Below, piece by piece: positions 13,301-24,656 of a stretch of 64,000 nucleotides of DNA. Source of the DNA: Phaeosaccion multiseriatum (Eukaryota > Protista > Ochrophyta, other classes); assembly GCA_965112735.1 (NCBI GenBank), contig OZ218950.1, forward strand, positions 2,976,001-3,040,000. Reading direction: 5' to 3'. The notes under the pieces were generated by a model. The model was given only the letters and a program-made list of their open reading frames with translations, did no database searches and was not told the DNA's origin. The first letter of the stretch is position 1; each line of letters starts with the position of its first letter. Position numbers and translations under genes: made by a program.

Positions 13301-14446
13301 ACGTTTGGCGTCACGCCCGACGTTGTGTCGTTTAGCACTGTGATGGACGCATGTGGGAGGGCGGGCAACCCCAGGGGTGCGCTGCGGCTGCTCTACTCGA
13401 TGGAGATGCGGGGCATCAAGCCAGATGAAGTGGCCTTCGGGGTGGCAGTGGCGGCATGCGCTCGCACGGGCATGTTCCGCCAGGCCGAGAAGATTATCGA
13501 GTCGATGAAGGCGGAGTACGGCATCACGCCCTCCGAGGCGGTGTACACGGCAGCCATGCACGCATGTGCCCGAAGAGGCAACTGGCGAAGGGCCGTCTTG
13601 CTGCTGGAGCGCATGCAGACAGACCACGGAGGGCAGAGGAGCGAGACCTCCACGCGGGCCTTTGCCGCAGCTATCCACGCCTGTGGTGTGGCGGGCAACC
13701 CCAGCGCTGCGAGAGACGTGCTAAACCTCATGGCAGAGGCGGGTGTGGAGCCTGATGTGTACTGCCTCAATGCGGCCATCCATGCATGCGCAGTGGCAGG
13801 CGAGCCCACTCGATGCCTGCAGATTTTGTCGTCCATGCGCGAGCCCACCGTGGTGAGCTACAACACAGCCTTGGATGGGCTGGCGCGCGCGGGCCAGGCG
13901 CATGTCGCGACCGAATTGCTCGACAAGTTAGAGAGGACTGCGGGGCTCGTGGCCACGGAGATTACCTTCCTCACGGTACTCAAGGCCTGCTCTCGGTACC
14001 GATTCTCGAGAAGCATTGGCAGCTGGAGGTACCATGGCACAGGCTCAGAGGCGGATTTGGAGTCGAGGCAGCAGCAGGGACATGAGAGCCAACGCTGGGA
14101 TGGCGACCATCACAATGGGCCGGTGTGGGAGATTGTGGAGACTACCCTCGACGAGATGCGCAAGCGGGGCCACCCCGTCGGCACTGTGGCGCTTGGGTAT
14201 GCCGTGCAGGCTGCTCAGCAAGCGTGCGGGGACGGGGGAGGGGAGCCGGCGGCCAAGGCACTAGGCAGACTAAAGCTGCTCCAGAGAGAGGTGGAGGAGA
14301 GAGAGTTACAGGCGAAGCTTGCCACGGATCGCAAGGAGACGGAGTGGAACATTAAGCAGTTGCAGCTCAAGGAAGAGAAGAACAAGAGGAAGATGCTATT
14401 GCTCGCGAGGGAGAGGAGGGAGGCCGGGGAAGGCCCCCTCAGGTAG
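10336..14446 (+). CDS. Pentatricopeptide repeat (PPR) protein; exons 10336-11313, 11458-11568, 11795-11911, 12071-12163, 12419-14446
   Basis: Many ~35-aa PPR units (PDVVSFSTVMDACGRAG, PTVVSYNTALDGLARAG); phase-0 GT-AG introns restore the frame. Confidence 0.92.
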
Positions 14447-14778
14447 GGGTAGTACTGGAGGCAGGCCCTCTTGGGGCTGAATAGAGCTAATTGGAAGAAA
14501 ACAGAAATAGAGGTTATTATTGTACGGACAGCTTCCCTTATCAGAGACTATACTGACGGCTTCGATGCCTCAGCTCTTCCAGTCGCGGGGCCCCCAATGC
14601 TACATCCACCCCTTTGCCGCGACTCTTGGTCAGGGACTTACACAACACAGGCTCCAATCCTGTGTTGCGTGTGTGGCGCGTCTTGCTTTGGTTTGGGCCC
14701 TTCACAGGCGTTCAGCACGTACGTCATCGGTGACTCGGCAAAAGCCAAAGCCAACGCTCACTTCTTCAGCAATGTGCC

Positions 14779-16803
14779 TCACAATCTACATCTGCTTTCG
14801 TTGGGTGCAGCAGCAGCACCAACGGGACGAAGACTGGCAAGGCCGTCCTTCACCACCGCCACCGCCCCCTCCCCACCCTTGTGTCTTGTTCGTGTTGTTG
14901 TTCCCGGCTCGAGCTCCAGGGGGAGTGCCCACACTTCGTATGAGAGGCGGAGGTGGGCAGGCGCAGCGTGAGAGCGCTCTTGCTGCTGCTGCTGCTGCTC
15001 GCCGTGAGAGGCTTGTGCTGCTTCTCCTCCTGATCCTCCTGCACCCCTTGAAGGGCTTCCTCCTTGTGCTTCTTCTGCCTCTTGCTCTTCCCAGATGCGC
15101 ACCTGCAGTCTCTGCCCAGGCAAGACTGGCTTTGTGAATCGGCCTCGAATGGAGTAGAGGCGCAGGTCGGTTTTCCTGTCTTGAGTGTACTGCAGAAGTG
15201 CTCTGACATGCGAGGGGCAGCAACAAGAGCAACGAAGTTAACACAGTAGTAGACTATTATTAGCAACCCATATATATGTATATGTGTGTATATATACGCA
15301 GAGGAGGGACTCTACAGAGGGGGGAGGGGGAAGGTAAGTCGCTTAGCAAAGGGGGTGAGGAAGACGTTGTCGTGCCTCGGCTTTCCACGCTTTGTGTTCC
15401 CTCTCCTTTCGGCCTCCCTTACCTAACGGCGAACCCAAAGGAACACAGGCCGTGCAGAATGGGGTTTTGGAGGCCCAATTTGTTCGCCGCCGCCGGATCG
15501 ACATGTAGCGCGTTGTAGTCTCCAGACAGACGATACAGCAACGCCTGTTCGGGCTGTGTCTGGAGGCAGATAACTGCATCCGGGGTTTGGTTATGGCCGC
15601 GGAGAGGGTTTCTTCCTACAATGGGAGGCTTGTTTGCTTCCTCTTGGCTCCCCATGCCTACTCTTCCTCCATCGTCGCCATCTGCCGCGTCGCGGATGTC
15701 GCACTGCTCTCCTCTCCGTACATGGCGTAGAAATGCCCCCTGTAGAAAAGTCCCCTGGATTCCCACTTGTGTGTGTTGGTCCAGAGGCGTGGGAGCGAGA
15801 GAGACAAAGAATGAGAGAGAGCAGAGAAAGAGAGAGAATGAGAAGGAGAAGAGAGGGGGAGAGAGACTTTCAGTCCCGGCCTTTACGACGGAATCAGAAA
15901 AAACGCTCGACCCGCCACAAGCCATGTCTTGGCACACCGGTGCAGTGGCATGAAACGAAGCTCATGAACGCACCAGCCATCTCCGTCCCGTGCTCATTGG
16001 AAAACACAGTCTTGGTTCGTAGCAACGTGCCCCTCTTCGTCTTCGTAGCGCTGAGGAGCGAGGACACCGCCCGCAATCGCCCTCCACGGGGGTCCAAGGG
16101 TCGACGCACTATAAGCTGCTGATCATAGTGCAGGATTTGAGAGTGGCTCACTGGGGCCTCCCATACCATCTCTGGCGGCAGTGGCGGTACCAGACATAGA
16201 GTACGGCCTGCGGCACAACGGAGACGATGAGGTAGTATAGTGACAGGACGGAGGGGGAAAGAGGGGGAGGGGGGGCGGAGTACAAAGAACAGGAGCAAGG
16301 CAAGCAAGAAACAAGCACCATTGGGAGGAGGTGAAGAAGAATTAACGAGGAGTAAGTTGGGAGAGGACGCTGCACTGAGCCGAGAACAGCAGCGACAAGG
16401 GTAGGCCTTCCTTGCACTTCGGACGATTGTTGACCACTAAATTCCTCAGCCATTCATTGCCACGCCATTACAGGGCAATGCTTCGCTCACCTGGAAAGGG
16501 CACCACATTGTTCGACGTCCCCTTGAAAGGGAGGGCGAGCACGAATGTGGGGAAGGCCTCGAATGCTTCGTGGCCTGCAGCAGAGGGTTTCAGCGAAGAT
16601 TCCCGCCAGTTCACTCATTAGAGATGTGAGAGAGGAAGAGAGGGGCAAGAGAAGGGAGGAAAGACCTTACCTTCATAGAGATACCGCAGATCTGAGCCCC
16701 TCCTGCTGCCACATCCAATGCCCAAAGCGTAGATCAGCAAGTCCTTGGTGTTGTAGCTGAGCGTATGACACCGTGCGCCCTTGACCTCTTGCCTGCCGTC
16801 CAT
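14779..16803 (-). CDS. Peroxisomal enoyl-CoA hydratase 2 (MaoC-like double hot-dog fold)
   Basis: DLLIYALGIG, DLRYLYE, FPTF, hydratase-2 motif YRLSGDYNALHVDP..ILHGLC, RFTKPVLPGQ; C-terminal -CRL* fits the PTS1 consensus. Confidence 0.9.
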
Positions 16804-17599
16804 GCCTGCTGTCCATCGCGGCGTTTGTGCGGTTTTGGTATGTACATTACATCCTTAAGTGCCATCCCTTGATTCTTCGCGTGTTGGTGATACTTCGTGG
16901 ATCTTTTCTTTCCCCACTGCTGTGCAGCTGGAGCACCTGCATATTTCAGGCCGGGGAGCTGGTCCTGGCGGGCAGTGAAGGGGAACAAGCCTCCTCGGGT
17001 AAGAGGGGCTCAGGCTGGGCAGTGAACAACTTCTCGGAGGAGGGCCAAGCCCGGCACCAGCGGCAGCGGCGGCAGTGCTGCTCACAAAGGGAACTTCTAT
17101 ATATACCAGCACTAACAGTGTGAGCAGGTTTATTTGTGTCAGTGTGTCTGGGATGAATTGTGTGAGTGGAGTGTGTGAGTGAGTGAGTGTGTGTGTGTGT
17201 GAGTGAGTGAGTGAGTGAGTGAGTGAGTGCGTGAGAGTCACGAGAAATAGAGGAGTGTTAGGTGCAGTGAAAGGGTAGGTGCAGGTCGGAGTGTGGCAAG
17301 AGAGCTAAAGAGAGGAGAGCTTGTGAGAATGTGAGGAGAAGGAGGGGAGAAACTCTACTAGGAAGAGGCTTTCGGCCCAGGCAAGTGGCCGCGATGGAGG
17401 AAGAAAGGTAAAGAGGAGAGCGAGAACGACACACACGCAAAGAGAGAGAAAGAAGCAAGAGGAGGGAAAGGAGAGAAGGTGAGACGTGTCGGGACGCAAT
17501 CGCAAGTCAGGGGGTGCAAGGTCGCGTGCCCGCAGGGAGAGGATCGTTGACATACCTACATACCTCAGGCAGGGTCCCTGCTTCAAATGCGAGGGCTGT

Positions 17600-17691
17600 T
17601 CAACCCCTGATACACTATCCGCTATCCGCTATCGCCGGCGCGCTATCCGCTACGCTATCGAGAATGTGGGCGATAGTGTATCAGGGGTTGA
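17600..17691. mobile_element. MITE-like element A (20-bp perfect TIR TCAACCCCTGATACACTATC; TSD GGCTGT)
   Basis: TIRs 17600-17619 and 17672-17691; GGCTGT at 17594-17599 and 17692-17697; internal GCTATC repeats. Confidence 0.8.
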
Positions 17692-17703
17692 GGCTGTGTG
17701 TGT

Positions 17704-17827
17704 TCGGCCCCTGACACGCTTCTGAGACAGGCCAGCCCAGAAGCAGAAGCAGGAAGCAGGCCGGCTGGCGCCGGCCAGAAGCAAAAAAAGCAGGAAGCAG
17801 GGTCGCCTCAGAAGCATGTCAGGGGCC

Positions 17828-17829
<2 letters not shown>
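17704..17829. mobile_element. MITE-like element B (TIR TCGGCCCCTGACAYGCTTCTGAG; flanked by GTGTGT)
   Basis: 23-bp TIR with 1 mismatch; GTGTGT on both sides (within TG repeat); internal GAAGC repeats. Confidence 0.8.
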
Positions 17830-17869
<40 letters not shown>

Positions 17870-17870
<1 letters not shown>

Positions 17871-18817
17871 CGGCTCCAGACTGGACTATAAACCTATACT
17901 CTAGGCCGGCCAGTTTTTCTCCCTAGGCCGGCGGTTCTTGGCCTAACCCCTGGGTCACCTGACACTGGGGTATGCTCATAAGGTGGGGTGAGTCCATTGG
18001 GCTAACTCGCAGGACAACCAAGCAAAAAAAAAATATTATTACTACTACCCCCTCCTACGCGCACTCGGGGCATGTCCATGATCTCTCGGTCTTTCTCCAA
18101 CCTTAAGCAACGAACGTGGTACTTCTTCCGCACGTGTCCTCATTGCGGCAGAGGATGATGGTCCCGGGCTTATCATTGTCGTTGCATACAGCACAGAAGG
18201 TTTCCTTGCCGTCCTTGTTCAGAAGCTTTTGCTTCGCCTCATGCACCACCGTCGGCCTCACCGGCTGGTTGTAGTTCTGCTTCCCTCGCCTCCGACGTCT
18301 GGAGCTGACTTCCTTCGCTCCATCGTCGCTGCTCTCGTCCTCGCTGCTATCCACCATCCCTACTTCAAGAAGCGCTTCCCCTTGAATCCGCTCCTTCTCC
18401 GCTACGTTGACGAGGGTGCGGCACGTCGTACTGCTCCTGCGAAAGCAATGCTAAAGCCCTCCATCGTTGTACTCGTTGCGCCCCCAGTGGCATGTCGAAT
18501 CGAACTCCATCCCCATACAAGGCCTGGAAACTGACTCTCGGAGGTAAATTCAACCCTGTACCTGACGTCACCATCAGGAGGGGCAGCGTCAGTGTTGGTC
18601 TCACTCTCCACAGGACCATTGTACCGGCATTTGGGCCTTGGCGGCTTGATGAGCTTGCTGCCTCGCTTGCCCGCCCCCTTTCCTTGCCGCTTCTCCTCGA
18701 CAGCATGCTCCCCGGGGGGGCGGCGCCAAAAATAGGGCTAGGCCGGGGGCCTGCAGCCCCCCTAGCCCGGCCGAATTTCGTCTCTAGGCCTAGGTTTATA
18801 GTCCAGTCTAGAGCCGA
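17870..18817. mobile_element. ~950-bp TIR element carrying a frameshifted PHD-finger coding fragment
   Basis: 27-bp TIR TCGGCTCYAGACTGGACTATAAACCTA with 1 mismatch; subterminal CTAGGCC repeats at both ends; no TSD seen. Confidence 0.75.
18055..18611 (-). pseudogene. Decayed PHD-finger protein fragment inside the TIR element
   Basis: CAVC..IILCRNEDTCG / KYHVRCL / WTCPECA* = C4HC3 ligands spread over three frames. Confidence 0.7.
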
Positions 18818-19041
18818 ATTGACCTCACGAGGGTGCACAACCATCGTAAATTCCAGGCAGCAGCCAACATTTGATCTCACAAGGCTACACAACCAGCATA
18901 GCGTCACCTCCAACGCGAAGCTTTGTTGTGCGTGGACGAGCATTCAATACTACGGTGCAGGACCGTTCGCAGCTCGTTTGGATGAGTTGATGCACTCCCT
19001 CTCCAGCATGAACGGAGAGTTTGATGTGGTGGACACAACCA

Positions 19042-22000
19042 TCAGTCGCGTCGATGTCCACAGCGCCGGCAAGTGAGCCAATCCCAGGCCCGATACATGG
19101 CAGTGACGCCCTTGTTGAGGGCGCCGCCCACGGCCTGCTCCCATTGCGGGACGAGCGAGTCTCCGTTGCCCGAGCCGCGGCCGCGCCTTTGCCGTAGTAC
19201 CATGCCCATAAAGTTCTGCTTCAAAAAGTGTGAACTTAGCTCCAGCGCGGAGAACACAAAAACCTTTTCGCGGATTGGATCGACGATGGACGACACGGGA
19301 CACCCAACACATACACAGAGGGAACGGCAGAGGCAGTACGAAGCACAAAGAAGAGTGGGGGTGAATGAGACCTTTGTGCCAACGTGCCTTTCTTCCCCTT
19401 CCCACTGCCTTCTCCCGTATCGCATCTCGCCTCTCCCCTCCCGCCTCTCCCCTCCCCCCTCGTCTCTCCTCTCCTCCCCTTCCTCACCAGAGTGTAGACT
19501 ATGAACCTCAGAGATTGAGAGAGTTCGCAACTCTGTGAGTCCTCGTCCAGATTATAAAAGTAGTACTTCTCACAGGCCGGACGGGTGCACTCATTGGTGC
19601 TCAGGTCGTAGGACTGCATGCCCACACAGACCACCTGCCAGGGACACAAAACCAGTGAATGAAATGAATCATGGAGCGCATGTTAGTGGACTAGCAGTGC
19701 AACGCAAAAGTTCAAAGCAGACAGTCACAAAGAAACAAACAACGAGCCCACTCCACACTGGCAAACACAGCCGTATAGAGCCTTTTCACAGAAGCCTTCT
19801 CTCGTTGGACCAACCAAACCCACCGGTGCAGCACAGCTCGCCTCCGCGGATGCTTGGCTCTGTGCGTCTGTCTCCTTGTTGGCAAAGCCCACTCGCGGTG
19901 TGTCCCAATCGAGCACCGTGTAGAGGGAGCGTAGCGCCATACTACCGAGCACGATCCGCGGTCGGATGGGCTCGTAGCGGAACAGGGGGAGCGCACGGCT
20001 CGGGGTGTCGGGATAGATCTGCAGAGAGGAAGAGTGAGTAGTGCGCCCACAATAATCACGCAAAGGGGGGCATGATCGTGAGGAGGAGGAGGAGGTTGCA
20101 GGGGCAAGTCGTTAGTACATCAGGTGGAAGAATGGAAAAAGGCAAAAGAGTGGCGTTCGGACGACCCACAGCCCTAGACACACACGCCAATGGGAAAAAC
20201 ATCGACAGATCGACCAGAGCCAAAATAGAGGACGTGAGGACGTAGAGAGGGCACAGCATCCTTGTGTTCTCTTACCGATAAGCCGCGGCGTAAGCACAGC
20301 GCAAAATTTCCGTTCTCATCCGTCTCATTGGTCCGCAGTAAGGCGCCCAAGGGGACCTTGAGAGGCTCACCGGTGCGGCTCACTCCGAAGGTCAACCACG
20401 GAAGGTCTGCTGCACTCAGGCCGGAGTTCACCTGAGGAGGAGGAGGAGGAGGAGGAGGAGGAGGGGAGGGAGGAGGATGAATTGCGAGGATTGAAGATAC
20501 GTGCGGCGGGCGGGCCAAAGAGAGAGGCAAGGATGGCCAAACATACACGTGAACATGCCCTTCCTACCCACCCATTGAGGAAAGAGACAAAACCCGACTG
20601 ACATATCATGGGAGATCAACCCTATGCCACACTTGGGCCGTGCCAGCCACAAGGCAATCCGCACGCCCCTCTCTCCCCCTCCTGCACGCTCTGTTCCCAT
20701 GGGTATGGCACGGTATGACGTACATAGCATGTCGTTTGCCCCGCCTCGTCCACAGGACAAGGTCGATTGACGGGTGCCCAGGAGGTGAGGGCATCGAACA
20801 TCTCCTCGGGGAGGGTGATACATGCGGCACCGGTGTTCACCTCGGCAGGCCACACCACCGTCACGTTTGCGAAAAGGTCCACGCCACACAGGCTGAGATC
20901 ATAGAGGCTGGAGAGGAGGAAAGGGGGAGGAAGAGCACAAGAGAGGGGCAAGCGGAGAGGAGGAGGAGGGTGAAAGAATAGGGGAGAAGAAGGGCAGGGG
21001 GGGGTTGCAAGGTGCAGAGTCCCAGAGGGTCGGGAGGAGCGGTAAGTGGTAGAGCATTGGTGACAGTGAGGGCGACAGATGAAGCACGCACGTGGTCCTT
21101 GCCTCTCTGTCCCCTCCCCCCTCTCTTTTCTCTCGGACCACCCCTCCTGCTGCTGGGTCAAAGCCAAAGCCATACGCGAGTGTTGTACTGTGTTCCTTTC
21201 GTCCATCCATACCTGAAGGAGTGTCTGTACGAGGTGGTGGGATGCGCATCTTCGCCCCACTGCAGAGTGTCACTATACGCGGCATCTACCCCCCCAAGGG
21301 CGAGAGAGGAGGAGGAGGACGAGTCTTCTGCATTCAGGTCTAGGGCAACCCACTGGTGACAAGCAAAGAGAGCGAGTGAGAGTGGGACAAGATTAGAGAG
21401 TAGCGAGTGCGTGGGGGGGAGAATAAGAGGAATACTTGGTGTTTTTTGCCTCGTGTGGTAAGGGACCTTCCAATCACATCATCTTCTTCGTCAGCACACC
21501 AACAACAGCATGTGGAGCAGTCCTCGAGGCAGCGTGTGGGTTCGTGCGCGCGTGCGTGTGTGTGTATATGTGCGTGCGGCCGTCTCACCCGTTGGTCCGG
21601 CGGGGCCACGGACAGAAGCATTTCGTAGAACGCCGTGTCGCTGCCGACCTGACCGAAGCAGGTGGTGGTACGGGCCAGCCCCAGGATACCACCAGCCCGC
21701 TCGTATCCGTAGTGCAGCTCCTCGGAGGCGTCGCTCACGTTGAAGGTACCCAAGATGCCCGCGATGGAAACGTTTGTGCTGCGGTTTGTCGCACCCGGCA
21801 GGCTGACCTAGTTGATTCAAAAGGTATTGATGGGAGTAGGTCATGAATTGGTAAGGTAGGAGCGGAAGTGGGGGCTTATTGGAGGCAGGGATGAGTATCA
21901 GGGGGGGTTGGAGCTTCTCGGGTTTTCGTTTCGGGGCGAAGGGGTAGATACAGGAGAGGGGGGGGGGGGGCTGCCTTCCCTCATGCCTTCAGCCACTTAC

Positions 22001-22782
22001 CGTTTCTTCATACACGTGGGAGGAGTGGTAGGGGCCGTCCTCCGCAGTACTACCGAACTCGATCACCATACCTGGGATGGCGTCTAGCGGCGACTGCTCA
22101 GCTTCGAATGCAGATGTGCCCAGATCGTTGACAGCACTGTGTGGAATTCCTCCGCAGAAGAAGCGCTGTGTGGCGGAGCGGAAGAGTGTCGGCACCAGCA
22201 GCGGCACGAGGAGGAGCAACAGCAAATGCTTGTAAGGGCGGCAAGGAGAGAGAGAGAGAGAAAGACGAAGACATGGACTTGCCTCGCAATCAAGACCACC
22301 CTCTCCTCCAGCCAACCCACCTCACCAGACTCTGTCGAGTCATTTGCCTCAAAGCAAGTCGTGCCACTGACGACCCAGCTTGGTTGCGTCGCATTGCAAT
22401 CCCGCACGGCAATGTAGCCTGTCCCCGTATCCACCAGCATGTCCGTCATGCGTTGCACCCCCCGACCGACCAGCGTGCTGGTATTCGTCGTGCTGTTCAC
22501 CACCAGCTGCTGCTCTGACCCCACGTCCAGGCTGGCTGTGTACTGGAACCCAAGGTTGCTAAGCGGAATTATGAGGGTGGGGGCCTGGGATGCGTACACG
22601 CTGTTGCGTCTGTCGTCTCTTTGCCGAACCGAACCGAGTGCAAGCAACCCTATGAGCGGGCTGGCCGGCCATCTGCGTCCCCGCCGCCTCTTCCTCCGCT
22701 GCCGCAGCCGCTGCTGCTGACGCTCAGATCTCTGCTGCTCATGGCCGCAAGAGCAGCAGTGGGCGCCGCTGTGGCTCTTCAT
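19042..22782 (-). CDS. Pepsin-like (A1) aspartic protease-fold membrane protein; second catalytic motif reads NTG
   Basis: YTASLDVG..LVDTGTG, GILGLA, LYDLSLCG, VNTGAACITLP, IVLGSMALRSLYTVLDWDTPRVGFA, then a Cys-rich linker and hydrophobic C-terminal segment. Confidence 0.8.
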
Positions 22783-23137
22783 TCCTTGTATTGTCGGGCA
22801 GGGCAGGGGAACGGGGGGCAAGAAAGGGGATTGGGAGTTTGAGTTTCAGAGAGATCGCCGGTTTAAGTTTCAGATCGCCCGTTCTTTGAAACGCTGCATG
22901 TACAGCATAGTAGCGCCATCTTTATACCCACCACCGCTGCCTACTAAAGAAGGTGAATGATCTTGCTTGTCCTTCAGAAGGTGAAATACCTAGGATTTGC
23001 TGAAGAGGCTTGGCCCTGGCGTAGACGGCATCGGGGCGTCGTTTAAGAGAATTCAGGGGGTCGTCACTGCAATAAGCAACAAACAAAAGACGACCTAAAG
23101 ACGACGTGTGGCAAAGGCATTACTCCGTGTGGCAAGC

Positions 23138-24205
23138 ATGGGCGGAAAGGTTGGGAGATGGACGAGGGAGGTGAGTTGGAGCTTCGTCAACAGAGGATGA
23201 GGAGGGTATGAGTCGGTGGCGCATGGTTGGACGTTGGGGTGGAAGGTCTTCTTTAAGATTCGGGAGGTTTGTCCTGGTCAAAGGAGAAGAGAAGTTAGAG
23301 CTTCATAGCAGGGACGAGATGCCGCGTGGGCTGAGACGGATTGCTTTGTCTCATGCATGTGCCCGCCTGCTTATTGCGCCCGCTTGTGATGGTGCTTTGT
23401 CTCATCACGTTTTTTTGTGCCCTCTCGTCATGATGATTGCCTGCAGGAGCACGAGGCCTTTCTGCAGGGGCTTCGAATGTATGGGAGGGAATGGAAGCGC
23501 GTTTCGCAGCAGGTGAAGACGCGGAGCTCTGCGCAGATCAGATCGCATGCTCAAAAGCACTTTGCGAAGAACGGAGCAGTCGGAGAAAAAAAATCAGGGG
23601 GAGGAGCGGCTTGCCGCTCGGGCCCTGCATCCAGATACCCTAAGCTTTTGCAGAAGAAGAAGCAGCCACAGCAGCAGCAGTATGGCCCGCCGCTACCGCA
23701 GCAGCCTTCGCAAGAGTATGGCAGCGGGAGATGGGTGGGTGCATCGATCGACCACCTCAAGGAGAGGTGGGATCTGCTCAACATTTCCAACGAGCGCGGA
23801 AACGCAGCTCACCATCCTCCTCCCCCAAGGCTACAGCAGGCCTATGCTTGTGCATCCCCCCCCCCCAATAAGAGTGGGAACAGCTTGAGCTTGCTGTGGA
23901 ACGCCTCCCGCGCGGCGGGCGCGATGGTAGATGTCTCTACTGCTGCTACTGCTGGTGATAGTGGTGCCGCGAGCCACACATACGTGTCTGATGCGACGGG
24001 GAGCTGCAGCGAGAGTGACTCAGCGAGTACTTGCTCAACACGGAGGCTGCCGCATACCGCAAGTTTGAGCGATCTTGCCGAGAGCGAGATCATCGCTCTG
24101 CAGGCCTTGACGGGCTCGAGTGACCGACCGACGCTGAAGGGCTACTCCCCCAAGGCGGAGGCGGGAGGGGAGGGAGCAAGCGAAGCAGCGACTTGTGGGG
24201 CATGA
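23138..24205 (+). CDS. SHAQKYF-class Myb transcription factor; exons 23138-23170, 23447-24205
   Basis: Spliced GRWTRE/EHEAFLQGLRMYGREWKRVSQQVKTRSSAQIRSHAQKHF. Confidence 0.9.
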
Positions 24206-24656
24206 AAGGAATGATCTATGGCTGTATAGGGGGGGAAGGGTGAGAACAGTAGTGTTTAAGAACTGTGAAGATCTGAGAGCTGGGGGAGTAGGGGTAGGTG
24301 GAAGGGGTGGAATTGATGATGGGGAGAGGCTCCAGCTTGATCGACAACATGAAACTTGTACATACAGCAAGGAACGGGAACACTTAATTAAATAGACCGA
24401 CCGATAGTATTCACAGTAAGAGAGTTGGTGGAGAGAGAAGGAAGTGTAGACTAAAGCTCCGCCGCCGTAAGAGCTGGCGCGGAACAAGAAAGTGCACACA
24501 AACACACACGAAAAAGTGGGTTAAATTATACATTATATTTACATACCGAACAGTTCCCCGGTGGCCCTCCCCTCCCCTCTTCTTCTCTCTTCGCTAAGGA
24601 TCGAGTCTTCTTCCTCCATTTGCGTGTGACGAGACTATCATGCTAACATGCCATTA

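Noticed and set aside
16734-17586. Short minus-strand ORFs upstream of the hydratase
   Set aside because: No domain; possibly 5' UTR or an unresolved small gene
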